This document shows, piece by piece, positions 1 to 11,100 of a stretch of 64,000 bases of DNA. The first letter of the stretch is position 1; each line of letters begins with the position of its first letter. The stretch spans positions 31,744,001 through 31,808,000 of the forward strand of contig CM060732.1 of the NCBI GenBank assembly GCA_030704615.1. The letters run 5' to 3'. The notes below the pieces were generated by a model. The model was not told where the DNA came from, ran no database searches, and worked only from the letters and a program-made list of their open reading frames with translations. A program made the position numbers and the translations under genes. Origin of the DNA: Takakia lepidozioides. Lineage: Eukaryota > Plantae > Bryophyta.

Positions 1-1119
1 TTTTTCATTTTTTTGTTGGCCTTGACTCCTTGAGCAGTGACTACATTAGAATGCATGCATATGCAGCATCAAGTACCTTATACCTCGAGTGGGTCCCAGC
101 TGGGCACATGCTCCTTATGTTTTTAATGTGTTCTATTCATGGCTGATTGTCTATGTATATTCATCTACTCATAGATCAAATGATAATATGTGATTACATC
201 CCAAGTGATCACAGATTCCTCATGTTCTTTATGTGTTCTACTCGAGCCCACAATGCCAAATTTTTTTCCCCCTCATTGCCAAAAAGGCAGGTGATAAGTT
301 ATGAATGAGGACATAATATAATATGAAAATATATATGTAATATGCTATAATAAACAGTACATATATTTTAGTTTTCTTTTTTCTTTTTTTTTTTTTTTTC
401 TTTTAAAAAAAAAATAGATACCAGTGGTGTATTGGTATATAACTTAGGAGACTGATATGTGCACGGTATATGCACTGCTATTAAATACCAAATTAGTCAA
501 CAACAGGGCTTAAGTGTTTGTTAGGCATAACATCAAAACTTCATATCAGTAAAACAAAGGCAGGGCCTCCGTGTATCTCACGGCTTGTTGATCACTTCTC
601 ACCTCCACTGAGAATCATCTGTCTCTCTGCCCCCGTCATGCCTCCATGGCTCTGAAAGGGCCTCAAGGCTCTTGTTGCCGGGGCTAGTATTTCCCTGGAA
701 GAGGAAAAACAAAACAGTGCGCTGTTCCCTTTCGTTTAAATAGATCAAAAATGGAACTAAAAACTTAATAGAACTACCGTATTAATTACGAGTATGGGAA
801 TACTGCGTTGCACAGTCAGCATTTTTTTTGTGAAATTTGGAAACAGCATGACTGGCTACAGAGTTTTGCGAAAAATAGGCATAGATTCTGTTCATCCATT
901 CAAATTAGGATAGAATCATCTACCTCCATACTTTAATCTATTGTATCATCCATATTTGGAAAATTCATCCATAATTTATTTTGTATTTGGAGAAATTTGG
1001 TGATTTCATCCATGAAAAGACAGGGAATTTGTGACAGAATATTCTTTTTAAAAATACTCATATATGTTTTAAATAGAAGCTTGTTTCTCTGCTTGGCCTT
1101 TGGATGACCAGAGATAATA

Positions 1120-2415
1120 CCGTCGTGGACAACGGATTAGACAATAATTATATTCAAAATGAAATTGCCTGATCAATTCTGTGAATTTTTCAGATTTTGG
1201 CCTAATTGTTGGGAAATTATGGGACCAAAGTGCCTAATGCCCAAAAATTCCACCAAAAAACTTGCAAGCCTCTTCTCATGTTGTTTGTAATAAGATCAAA
1301 ATTTCTTTGAACAAAAATCAATACAAATATATGCGTGCAGAAATAACTTCCCACTAATCGCAATCTATTTGCGAGAGCTCCATGTAACTTTGAAAGGCCC
1401 TTGCATGGACTCCACAATGTCATCATATTCATCATCCTCACTAGTCCTCATGATCTCTCCATCTACCTCGTCCACCACATCGAGATCAGGGATATTGTCC
1501 CTTATCAACCGTTTAGCCATTTTTGTCCTTATCAACCGTTTAGCCATTTTTGCGCCTAATAATTATAAACCAAACGAGTCGGTTAGGCACGTTTCTTGAA
1601 CCATTTCTCACATTAGGCATTTTCATGCTATGAAATATTCTGTTGCAAATTCCCTGTTTTTCCATGGATGAAATAGTCAAATTTCTCCAAATGAAAAATA
1701 AATTATGGATGAATTTGCCAAATATAAATGATATAAATGGATGATATAAATGGATTTATGTAAGGACATGGATGATTCTGTCCTAATTTCAATGGATGAA
1801 CAGAATGTGTGGCTATTTTTTGCCAAACTCTGTAGCCACTCACGCTTTCTTTCAAATTCCAAAAAAAAAAAAAAACAAAAACTGGTTTCCTTGCAATTAG
1901 GCCATTTTGAAAAATTCCCAAAACGCGTTAGGCACTTTCAATTTGAATTAATTATCGCCTAAACGGTTGATAAGGGACGGTATCCTCATTTTCAATGTGC
2001 AGATTTGTAAGACATCTACACATAGTTTCCTCTACACTAAGGCCTTGTACCGCCTACACTAGTGTGGACTATCAATATTGAACTCACCTAAAGTGTGAGA
2101 GCGAAGGGAGAGCTTGCCTATACCAGCTTGAGCCTTGGAGCACTGCGTACAACAAAGAGGGGCATTTTTAGGGTTTCAAAGGAAATGAAAGGTAGCTGGA
2201 GCCTGGAAGGGCCCATGGGCATTGGGTGTCTATTTTGTAATTTTTATTCTTAAGAAAATAAATGTTTTCTCTTCTCATGTGCCTAATTCTAAAAACTCAT
2301 AGCATGAATCTGATGCCTAATTTGAGAAAATATTTTCAAAACATGCCTTATTTTCTGATTGATTGATTTTATTATTAGGCGCAAAAATGGGGCCTAATCC
2401 GTTGTCCAGGGACGG
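1120..2415. mobile_element. Non-autonomous TIR element (Tc1/mariner-like MITE), TA target duplication
   Basis: Left end TA|CCGTCGTGGACAACGGATTAG (1118-1140) is nearly the reverse complement of right end CTAATCCGTTGTCCAGGGACGG|TA (to 2417). No transposase ORF. Confidence 0.7.
1495..1980. mobile_element. Related MITE nested in opposite orientation inside the 1120-2415 element
   Basis: TA|TTGTCCCTTATCAACCGTTTAG ... CTAAACGGTTGATAAGGGACGG|TA. Its ends are similar to the opposite ends of the host element. Internal 1633-1870 is an inverted copy of 820-1045. Confidence 0.7.
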
Positions 2416-2444
2416 TACGGGTAACCCAGTATTGGGTCCCTTAA

Positions 2445-3767
2445 CCCCTAAAGGACAAGGGCCAATTTTTGCCAAGACCTCAAAAACTGGACCCTGGCCC
2501 TCTAAAACATTTATATCTTGAGATTTACTAAGACCCAGTAAAACTAACCGTTGGAATATACTCTCAACTACCCCACCTACGACCCAACAAAAATCCCTGT
2601 CTAAATCCAACCAGCAGATCCAAAGAATATAATGTCTAAAGTGGTGCAAAAAACAAAAAACATGAAGTAAATAGGGAAAAAAAAAAGTGTTTTTTCTATC
2701 GAATTTCCCATCTGCGAACTGGTCCGACATGACACTCTCCAGAATCTGGTGCCCTGTCATATAAGACACCTTCCCTGCAGATTTCATCTTTGTCTGACAT
2801 AATCTCAGGTGGGCTGCTTTGTATGCTAAAAATGGGGGGTCAAATTTGGGGTTTTCCTTCGGGCAGGAAAAAAGCTTTGTTCAGAAAATTGAGGAAACAT
2901 TTTGAGCCGTTCATTTGGCAATCGCTCCGGTGGGAATGTTGTGGGTGGGTATGGCTTTTCCGCAAAAACATTTCGGGCCAATCTGAGTCTTCTACTAGGT
3001 ATTTTTACCCCCTGCCCATGAGACTTGCAATTGCACCTATGTGGGCCTATAATTTTTCGGCAATAACCCTCTCTTGTGGAGGGTTTTAGGGGGTGCCTCA
3101 TCCTACCCGTCCCTAAATTGATTAGGCCTCCACCCCTCCCAAGGCATGTCCACCCCCCCCCCACCCAGGTTCGGATCACCCCTATGTTTATTGGGTTTTG
3201 GGGTCACCCACTCCACGCGTTCATGGGCCACCCATGCCGGAAATGTGTCCCGGTTTTCATGACGGGAAAACAAAACTCGCCGGATTTCACAAAGTGGACG
3301 GAAGCATCTCCAGGCAGCTCTCGAGCTGCCTATCAATTGAGTCTCCGCCCGCGCTCTCTCCCCCCCCCCACAACAATAGGTTTGACACCAAACCCCGTCC
3401 GGAGCTACCATCGCCATTGATTCCAACTTGGGGATTAGGCATGGCGCAATAAAGAGTGTTGGGAGACGCGCCACCCTCCCATGGGGGGTGCATGGAATTT
3501 CACCCTAACCTGACCCTAGTTGCCACATCATCCTCAGGGCAGGTTAGATGGTGGAAAGTGGCCACAAAATCACCAGTGTGGCGGACTCTACGCTCTCCAC
3601 ATTGCAATTGTCAGGTCGTATGACCAATTGGGAAATGCCACGTCATACTTGACTTGATTTCCAATCGAATGAGCCTATGTGGGCCCACATCAGGCTTAAC
3701 CTCAGGGATAACCAACCTATTTTCTAAACCCAACCGACCCAAGTTGGGTCGTTTTGACGCTTAGGGG
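2445..3767. mobile_element. piggyBac-like non-autonomous element (TTAA TSD)
   Basis: TTAA|CCCCTAAAGGACAA ... TTGACGCTTAGGGG|TTAA. TIR matches 11/14, CCC/GGG termini, non-coding interior. Confidence 0.6.
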
Positions 3768-4191
3768 TTAATAAGGGTTGAGCTTGGCATGTCTAGGGTA
3801 TTACCCAATGGTCAAGATGTAACCCTCTTATGACCATGGTTATTTTTTCCATGACTAATTTTAATATGGATTGCAATGCTTTCCCATTTTCTTATATGTA
3901 TATATATATTCACACACACACAACCTGTTGGCATGATTTTTTTCACACCATAATTTTACTGTCTAAGTTAATGCTGCTAAGATTAGCCTATCTACCTACC
4001 ACAAAGCATGACGTATATGTAGGTGCGTACCTGGCACCTGCATGCACTCACCAAAATTGCATGCTCTGTAAAACCCAAAATTAAAAAGAACAAAAAAAAA
4101 ATCCTTGTTAAATTAAAACTCACAATAATCTGGAAATAGATTTCGACCTGGCAATTAGATCAGGTATTTGAACAAAGAGATTATGAACTAG

Positions 4192-4268
4192 GTAACCGGT
4201 GAGAAGGGGCTGGGTTATCGGTTGTAGCTGAGGCGCTACCAATAACCCGCCCCCTTCTCACCGGTTAC
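4192..4268. repeat. ~77-bp hairpin/palindrome next to the left end of the Crypton-like element
   Basis: GTAACCGGTGAGAAGGGG (4192-4209) and CCCCTTCTCACCGGTTAC (4251-4268) are perfect 18-bp arms, with further imperfect inner pairing. Confidence 0.85.
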
Positions 4269-4423
4269 TGGGCATAGTCGACCGGATCAGCAGGTCGAGA
4301 TGATGGCTCCCTGCTCATTTCCGCTCATTGTCGTTAGGTTTTCTACTTTCTTGCTGCTACATTTGATTTTACAGGTTCAATGTTGCTTGTACTGCTTGTT
4401 AGTGCGTATGTTTTGCGATCAGC

Positions 4424-5020
4424 ATGCGTAATGTAAGGAAAAAGGTCGGAGCATCTAAGAAGAGGGGTGTTGCAAGAATTGAAGGGCCGATTGAGGCTCC
4501 ATCATTTGATTTGCTTTCTATATTGTCGTCCCCTAAGCGTGTTGTTGTAGGTGAAGTAGAGGAGGATATCCAGGGTGGTGTGCATATTGTTAAGAAGCAA
4601 TGAGGTATAGAAATTGCCAAGTGCATTATTACTCTTCCTACAGCTGTTGATGGCGACCCCGAGGTTAGAGATGTTAATCATATGCCTGCCCTATCTGTGC
4701 TTATTTCTCTCCCTCCTGTACTAGAATTGAGTCCAGTTGACATATCACCTACTCGTGCGATACAAGCTTTTCTTCCATTCGATGAGACAAAATTCGATAA
4801 ACTCAAGAAGAACGCTGGCAATCCGTCTATGAAGAATGAAGAGCGGGCTGTGAGGAAGTTTAATAAATGGAGACAGTTCATGTCACTGGGAGATTCACAG
4901 CCAGTGTTAGAAATCCCACTCAAGGAACTTGGAGAGTTACTCACAAAATTCTTTATGATGGTTTGTAAGGACCATGGGCAGCGATACCCCACAGCGTCCC
5001 TGATGAATATGTATATGTCA
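4424..5020 (+). pseudogene. Crypton/DUF3504-type tyrosine recombinase, N-terminal part
   Basis: ATG at 4424 with one in-frame TGA. ERAVRKFNKWR...ELGELLTKFFMMVCKDHGQRYPTASLMNMYMS resembles the ZMYM/QRICH1/Crypton core-binding region. Confidence 0.7.
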
Positions 5021-5670
5021 TTATTAGTCAGTTTTGATGTGGCCTAAAAGATGATGTAAAAGATTTGAGTTAACAATGCCAAACGTGAGCATACTGAGTG
5101 AATTCATCACCCAAGTCATTGCATGCGATAATTGTTTGTTCGAAAGACGTCAAGAGAAGCGATCCGGATGGTCAACGACGCATCATGCCGCTGCTACTAC
5201 GACACCAAACACAATGATCCATCAGACATCCGGTAATAATCATATGCAGATTGATGCTGTCCGATTCAAGCCATTGACGCCACAAGAAAAACAAAAACGT
5301 CGCTCAAATGGATTATGCCGTTATTGCGGAGAAGATGATCACATAACATTAAACTACCCCAACAAGAGAAGATTCAAAGCTCGGGGCACAACTCAAGTGT
5401 TCGATACGAGGAGGTCGGAAAACGAAGATGTTCAGTCGCAGTAGGGACCATGCGGCTGGACACCCCAAATTCCTCACCAAAAAAAGGTCTATTTCTACCT
5501 CCAGACCTTGTACCTTGTTTCATAGTTTCAGTAAAGATCAGGATGCAAAATCGAGATATGTCCGTAAAAGCACTTTTGGACTCGGGCGCTTCAGCGTGTT
5601 TTATTGACAAAGACTTTGTGAAGCAACACAATTTAACGCTTGTAAGAAATAAATTTCCGGCCCCTGTTGG
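5017..5670 (+). mobile_element. Ty3/gypsy (chromovirus-like) gag C-terminus, zinc knuckle and aspartic protease (inverted segment)
   Basis: ISQF*CGLKDDVKD...MQID...EKQKRRSNGLCRYCGEDDH, followed by KALLDSGASACFID (protease DSG motif). Confidence 0.85.
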
Positions 5671-5671
5671 A

Positions 5672-6217
5672 GACAAAAAAAAAAAATGAACATCCTCAAC
5701 ACTTTCACCCTCAGTACAAAGTGGCATGTGATCTCGAAGAACAGTGAATGTGTTGATCACATCCTTGTTATCGGAATATACCGCAGGTCTGAATTGCTCT
5801 GTTTGAAATCTCTTGACGCTCACCTTGTAAGTTTTACTGGTTCTCTCATCATATTTCAGATATGAAGTACCATCTGGAGAATTACCAAGTGTGAAGTCCA
5901 CCATCTTCAGATTGTACATTTAGAATTACCACGAATCAGAAAAACCACGAAGCAGTAATATGCGAACATTTTTTGGGTTCCACCAGGGGTGTTCGCCTAA
6001 TAATCTGGATGATTAAGGATGAATCGCTCTTCTTCGAATGTGATATCGTCTACCTTCCGTCTCCCCACATTCACTCCTGCATCTCGAGATAAGCGCATTG
6101 CATAGTTCACTGCCTTAATAGCGGTATGAAACAAAGGATCCTCAGTAATTTTGAATCTGAACATCTTCACTTTAGTAAGAGCACATTGCTCATCTTGAGC
6201 TCTGCAGATTATGTGAT
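5672..6217 (-). pseudogene. Crypton/DUF3504-type tyrosine recombinase core (inverted segment)
   Basis: NHIICRAQ...ITEDPLF...RDAGVNVGRRKVDDITFEEE...NTPGG...FLIRG, then a frameshift into YNLKMVDF...YLKYDERTSKT...FFLSP. The catalytic R-G and K motifs are present; the HxxR/Y part is absent. Confidence 0.7.
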
Positions 6218-6835
6218 TTTTTCATTCCAGTCGAGGTCGCATGCAAGTTGTCGAAATTCGGCAGCATAAACGGAAGTAGGACGTGCTCTTTGTCGAAAAT
6301 TTCGCATTTTTGTCTCTGCAACTCTCTCTCTATGATTCTCTCCAAACATTGCAGTGAACACGGACATGAATGCTTCAAAATTGTATAGTAAATGCGATTT
6401 TTTCTCTAATAGCGGTACAAACCAAGATAGGGCAGTGCCTGATAGAAGGGTGCCCACGAATCCTACTTGAATACCTTCATCAGGGTAGCGTTGTGGATGT
6501 AGTCGTATGAACAATTGTAATTGTTGAACAAAACCGCGAAATCTTGATCTCGTCCCATCAAATTTTTCGGGCATGCTGACCTTTGGTTCCCTTGTAATCT
6601 GTTGAAGATTTGGAGGAACCGTTGCAGTAGGATTTGTTATAGTAGGGACTCATAAGGTTGAAGATCCATTGTTCGACTCCTTCAACTCTGAAATTTGTTG
6701 TTGCAAATTGTTGAGAGCGTTGCCAAGATCTTGAGACTGATCAGCTTGTAGTTGGGCAGTAGAGACACGAAGTTTTTACATCTGTAGCTAAAGACTCTGC
6801 AATATGGCGACCATTTCCACAAATGTACCTTCCAT
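6218..6835 (-). mobile_element. Ty3/gypsy gag N-terminal part
   Basis: PEKFDGTRSRFRGFVQQLQL...GTLLSGTALSWFVPLLEK...YAAEFRQLACDLDWNEK (retrotransposon gag). Upstream part has stops. Confidence 0.9.
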
Positions 6836-6873
6836 CTTAACTAACTAAGGAACAAACTTTAGTCTCGCCGAAC

Positions 6874-7502
6874 TGTCAAGGACGAGAACACGACTGAACA
6901 CAAACAAGAGATCAGACTAGAGATACAGACTAGACAAGAAGTCAAGGTCGGCGGGGCCGTATGCACTATGAGTAAATATGAATTAAGACGATCTTTATAA
7001 CAATGAACAAGAGTACAAGATATTGGAACACGACTTGAATACTGGAATGCTGGAAACTGGACTGGAGTACCAGATACTGGAAACTAGGCTAGAGTACTGG
7101 GAACTGGAAATAAGAGTAGCTTGAACTGGTGTTGGCGAGACTGAAAAGTGTCCAGTCTCGCCTCCTATATATACTGGCTACTAAGAAGTCTCCTAAGAAG
7201 CTTCCCTATGGAGGTTTCTTGATGGAGAAGTTTCCAAGAGTAAACAAAGGTTTCTTGATGAAGAAGCTTCCTTAAACAAATGAGGTATCTTGATGGAGAA
7301 GTTTCCTCCAAATGAAGCTTCCTGAGCAATTTCCCAAGATACTCTTGGTAATTTGGTAAACTCCCGGTAACATGATAAGTAATGATAAATCATGGTAAAT
7401 CATGGTAAATCACGATAAATCACGATAACTTCCGGTAACATGGTAACTTGATAACTTCTGGTATTTACTCATGGTAAGTTCATCTGGGCTATGTCCGTGA
7501 CA
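6874..7502 (-). mobile_element. 5' LTR (629 bp) of the gypsy element, with self-complementary PBS at 6857-6873
   Basis: TGTCAAGGAC...GTCCGTGACA termini, TATA box at 7166-7173, located just upstream of gag on the minus strand. Confidence 0.85.
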
Positions 7503-7652
7503 GTTGGTGATACTTGCAATAGTCAGCACTATCGTCCTTATGGTCCTGGTTATAATAACCTTCGACCCCCTGTGACGTCTAGTAATTACTGACACACGCC
7601 GAATCACAACAATGTAATTCAGCAGCAGAATACAACTAATATTCATCCCACT

Positions 7653-8194
7653 CAGACTCAATCCATTGGAGAATTTCTCTATAGCCATGTAGTTCGTCTT
7701 CTTCAACATCAGAATGTGGTTGAATCACAGACATTCAGTGAGAGTACTCCACTTTCTTGTCTGGATAACGAGGATTATGGAGATGTTTTCTATGCTTTTC
7801 TTGAGATTGATGGTAACAAGTTGAAGAGAGAACTTGCAGCTAATGTTTCCCGGTCTGGTGCTAATCTCGTTGATAAGTTCAACAAAACAGCAGTCGATGT
7901 TGTACAGGTCGATAAGATGCAGACTCAATCCACTGGAGAATTTCTCTATAGCCATGTCGTTCGCCCTCTTGAACAGTTGAATGTGGTTGAATCACAAACA
8001 TTCAGTGAGAGTACTCCACTTTCTTGTCTGGATAGCGAGGATTATGGAGATGCTTTCTATGCTTCTCTTGAGATTGATGGTAACAAGTTGAAGAGAGAAC
8101 TTGCAGCTAATGTTTCCCGGTCTGGTGCTAATCTCGTTGATAAGTTCAACAAAACAGCAGTCGATGTTGTCTAGGTCAATAAGGTGTAGACTCA
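7653..8194 (+). repeat. 267-bp (89-codon) in-frame tandem duplication in the probable C-terminal tail of the Crypton ORF
   Basis: CAGACTCAATCCA at 7653 and 7920. The ORF track shows VESQTFSESTPLSCLD...KTAVDVV twice. Confidence 0.9.
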
Positions 8195-11100
8195 ACAGGC
8201 TGTTTCATCATATAATAGTGGACAGTCAAATGACCCCATGTCTTCTTCCAATGCACGACCTGTTGTTGTTGTTTGTCAAGGTCTTTAGCATGTGTTGGTG
8301 GTCAGGAGATTGATAAAGCTACCCCAGTATTCCCAACTGGTTCTAGGGTATTAACAAATATTTTTGCACCACCAAACTTGGGGTCTAATTTTTATAGAGA
8401 AGTTAAGAGTGTATATGTGTTCAACTTTCCAGAGCTTGACCCGGAGTCCTTGAAGAGTTTTTTCAGCCTTGCTAAGCAGCAATGAGCAAGAAGCAAAAAC
8501 TATGAAAATGATTCATTGAGCAGTTGTAGAGGTCTATGTGTTGTCAATGATCTTCAAGTTCAACTTTCCAGCATTTGACCTAAAGCTGATGAAGATTTTC
8601 TTATGGTAGTTAGGAATGCAACTATGAATATAAATATCAAATCTCTATCTTTGCATTGTCTTTTCTCAATCACAATATGACTTGCATTGCAATCATAAAA
8701 ATATGGCTGACATTTGTGCCAGTAAATTCAGCTGGAATAACAATGCTAGTAGTTGACTATCAATCACTGTGGCATTTCCAGGCTCAATTCCAATAGTCAA
8801 GTGGGTAGACCCCCACAACCGGTGTCCATAGAATTCACATCCTGCAAATGATATGACTTAGTTCATAGCCAATGGTGAGAGGGACCATTATGTGAATCCC
8901 TGCCCTTATCCATCCTTTCGCATGAGTGACGATTGTGCCTCTGCACTCCTCCAGATCTGAGGTAACTACCCGTTGCATAAGGTAAATTCAATTGGAACTG
9001 TCTGCTAAACCATGTCAAACCTGTCACGCTGAGAAAACCTATTGTCGTCCTCTGTTGCAGCATTTGTAGAGGTGCTGAAGGACCACTTGAAGGTGGGTAA
9101 GGATGCCTCTGATAATCGGGTTCCTCTACAGCTTTGAATGACCAGAGTCAATATCAATGGATCAAATTTTCATCCATGAGGAACAGGGTAGGTTACGGTG
9201 GCAACCACTCAGATGTAAGCAACAGGACACACAGTACATCTGGACAGCAGGGTAGGTTATGGTGGCAGCCAATGAAAGTTAAGCAGTGTGTCAGGCGCGC
9301 GACGTCTGGAGAGCAGGCTACCCTGCGTAACCCCACCTGTTCAAAACCACTAAAAAACCACCACGTCATAGAGACCTGCTGATCGGTCGACTATGGGGGA
9401 AAAAATAAAAAAAATCGCCAAAAACCGCCAATAGTTGAGTATCAGGAACCTCATTTTGCCTACGTGGACCTGTAAAATGTGCCACCTGTTACATAGCCAC
9501 TTTTCTAACCCTGCCACTTCGATATTCTCGCACCATGGGCACTGGGAAGAATTTTATATGTGGCCCCTGTCGCATAGTTGCGATTTTGGAAAAATGAAAG
9601 AAAAACACTGTCTATGTGTGGTACCAAAGGCAAGTCCTCACCAAATTTGAGGGAAAAATTCCATAAAATTAGGCCTATGGTGCTTGGTAGGTGTTTCTAG
9701 GGGGGTTGAAATGGCCTCTGTATAGATTTGGGGAGGCCGCTCGCTAACATGTCATTTTATTACTGGCTTTCACTAGGACTGTCACCACCCATATTTTCCA
9801 CCTACTTGCCAGTGTTTTTTTTTTCAAATTTGGAAAATAACAGGAGTGGCTACTGAGTTTTGCAGGAAATAGCCATATTTTCTGTTCATTCAACGGCTCG
9901 TAAATTAGTGCCGTCGTGCCCATCCACAGCTTGCAACCTCCCCCTAAATCTACTACATGCGGTAGCTATGTCCGGGAGATTGGCTACGGTTTGTAGCCCA
10001 TCATGAGCACAAGCATGCTCATGTGAGCACAACCCGCGGTCATAGGGGTTAAATGTTTTCAAACCGCGGTCATAGGAATTACATATTAACATGCACGGTG
10101 CATATGAGTACCTGCAGATTTCTTTTCTCTTTTCTAGGGCTTAAATTGCCGATACCTACCTGGACTGAAAACCACGATTTTTGCTTTTTTGGGGTTTTTT
10201 GAGGTATTCGGTTCGTATGACACGTGAGGAAACCCCACGCCTATAGGGTAACATGTTTATCGTGTATAGGTGTTACTTGTTTCTTAAGTGATGTTGTGAG
10301 GGCCTATGTGAGCAGTTAGAAAAAGTTTCGCAAAGTTTTTAGTTTCTCAATTTTCGTTTCATTGGAGAATATTCAAAAGGCATCTAAGGAATATCCTTAA
10401 TATTAGCTTGTGCGCGTGAGCATGCTCACACGCTACCCAACCTCCAAATGGTAGCCAATCTTGAGGACTCCCTTACATAGAGCCACACAATTTGGTTGTT
10501 GTTTACTGGTATGGCATAGCCTAGTCCATAGCTTGGAGCTTCAAAATGGCATCATGTCTCTTCAAGAGTGCTACCCCACATTCGCTCCCAGGTGTTTCCC
10601 TTTTTTTAAGACAATAAATAAAATAAAATAAAATTTGCATATTCTCTCCTGAGAGGATGCCACATGGCACATAGAAAACTCAAGAGGAGTGACATGACAA
10701 GGTTGACATGATGACCATGTGGTGACCACTCAGGGGTTGGCCACGTATTGGATCAACTATCCATCGCCACCCTCCAAGAGCCCAAATAGTAATGTACACG
10801 TGCCATGCATCTATTGGCTAAAACTTTAACTCTGACATGTCAAAAGCTCTTCAATCCACATGACTTTACCATATGGTTATAAGGGTTACAGTAAGTTAAA
10901 CAGGAATAAGAAAAAAGGAAAGTAAAATTCTGTTAACACTTCACATTTATCTTGTAGTAGAATAACAGGGAAAAAGTTTGAATGATTTTTCCAAGTATGA
11001 AACCGGGTGATCCATTCCTGTGTGACTGCCAAGAATCAGCTAAGATTAGCCGATTTGTGCATGGATTCCCCTCCACCGTTCGGTGGAGACTCAGATGCAT

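Larger units (their letters stand above)
4273..9395 (+). mobile_element. Crypton-like tyrosine-recombinase DNA element, disrupted by a gypsy insertion, a deletion and an inversion
   Basis: Terminal inverted repeats CATAGTCGACCG(G)ATCAGCAGGTC (4273-4296) and GACCTGCTGATCGGTCGACTATG (9373-9395) enclose DUF3504-like recombinase fragments. Confidence 0.65.

Noticed and set aside
5374-5919. 181-aa minus-strand ORF as a single gene
   Set aside because: It is a chimera: recombinase sequence up to ~5672, then antisense read-through of the gypsy protease region.
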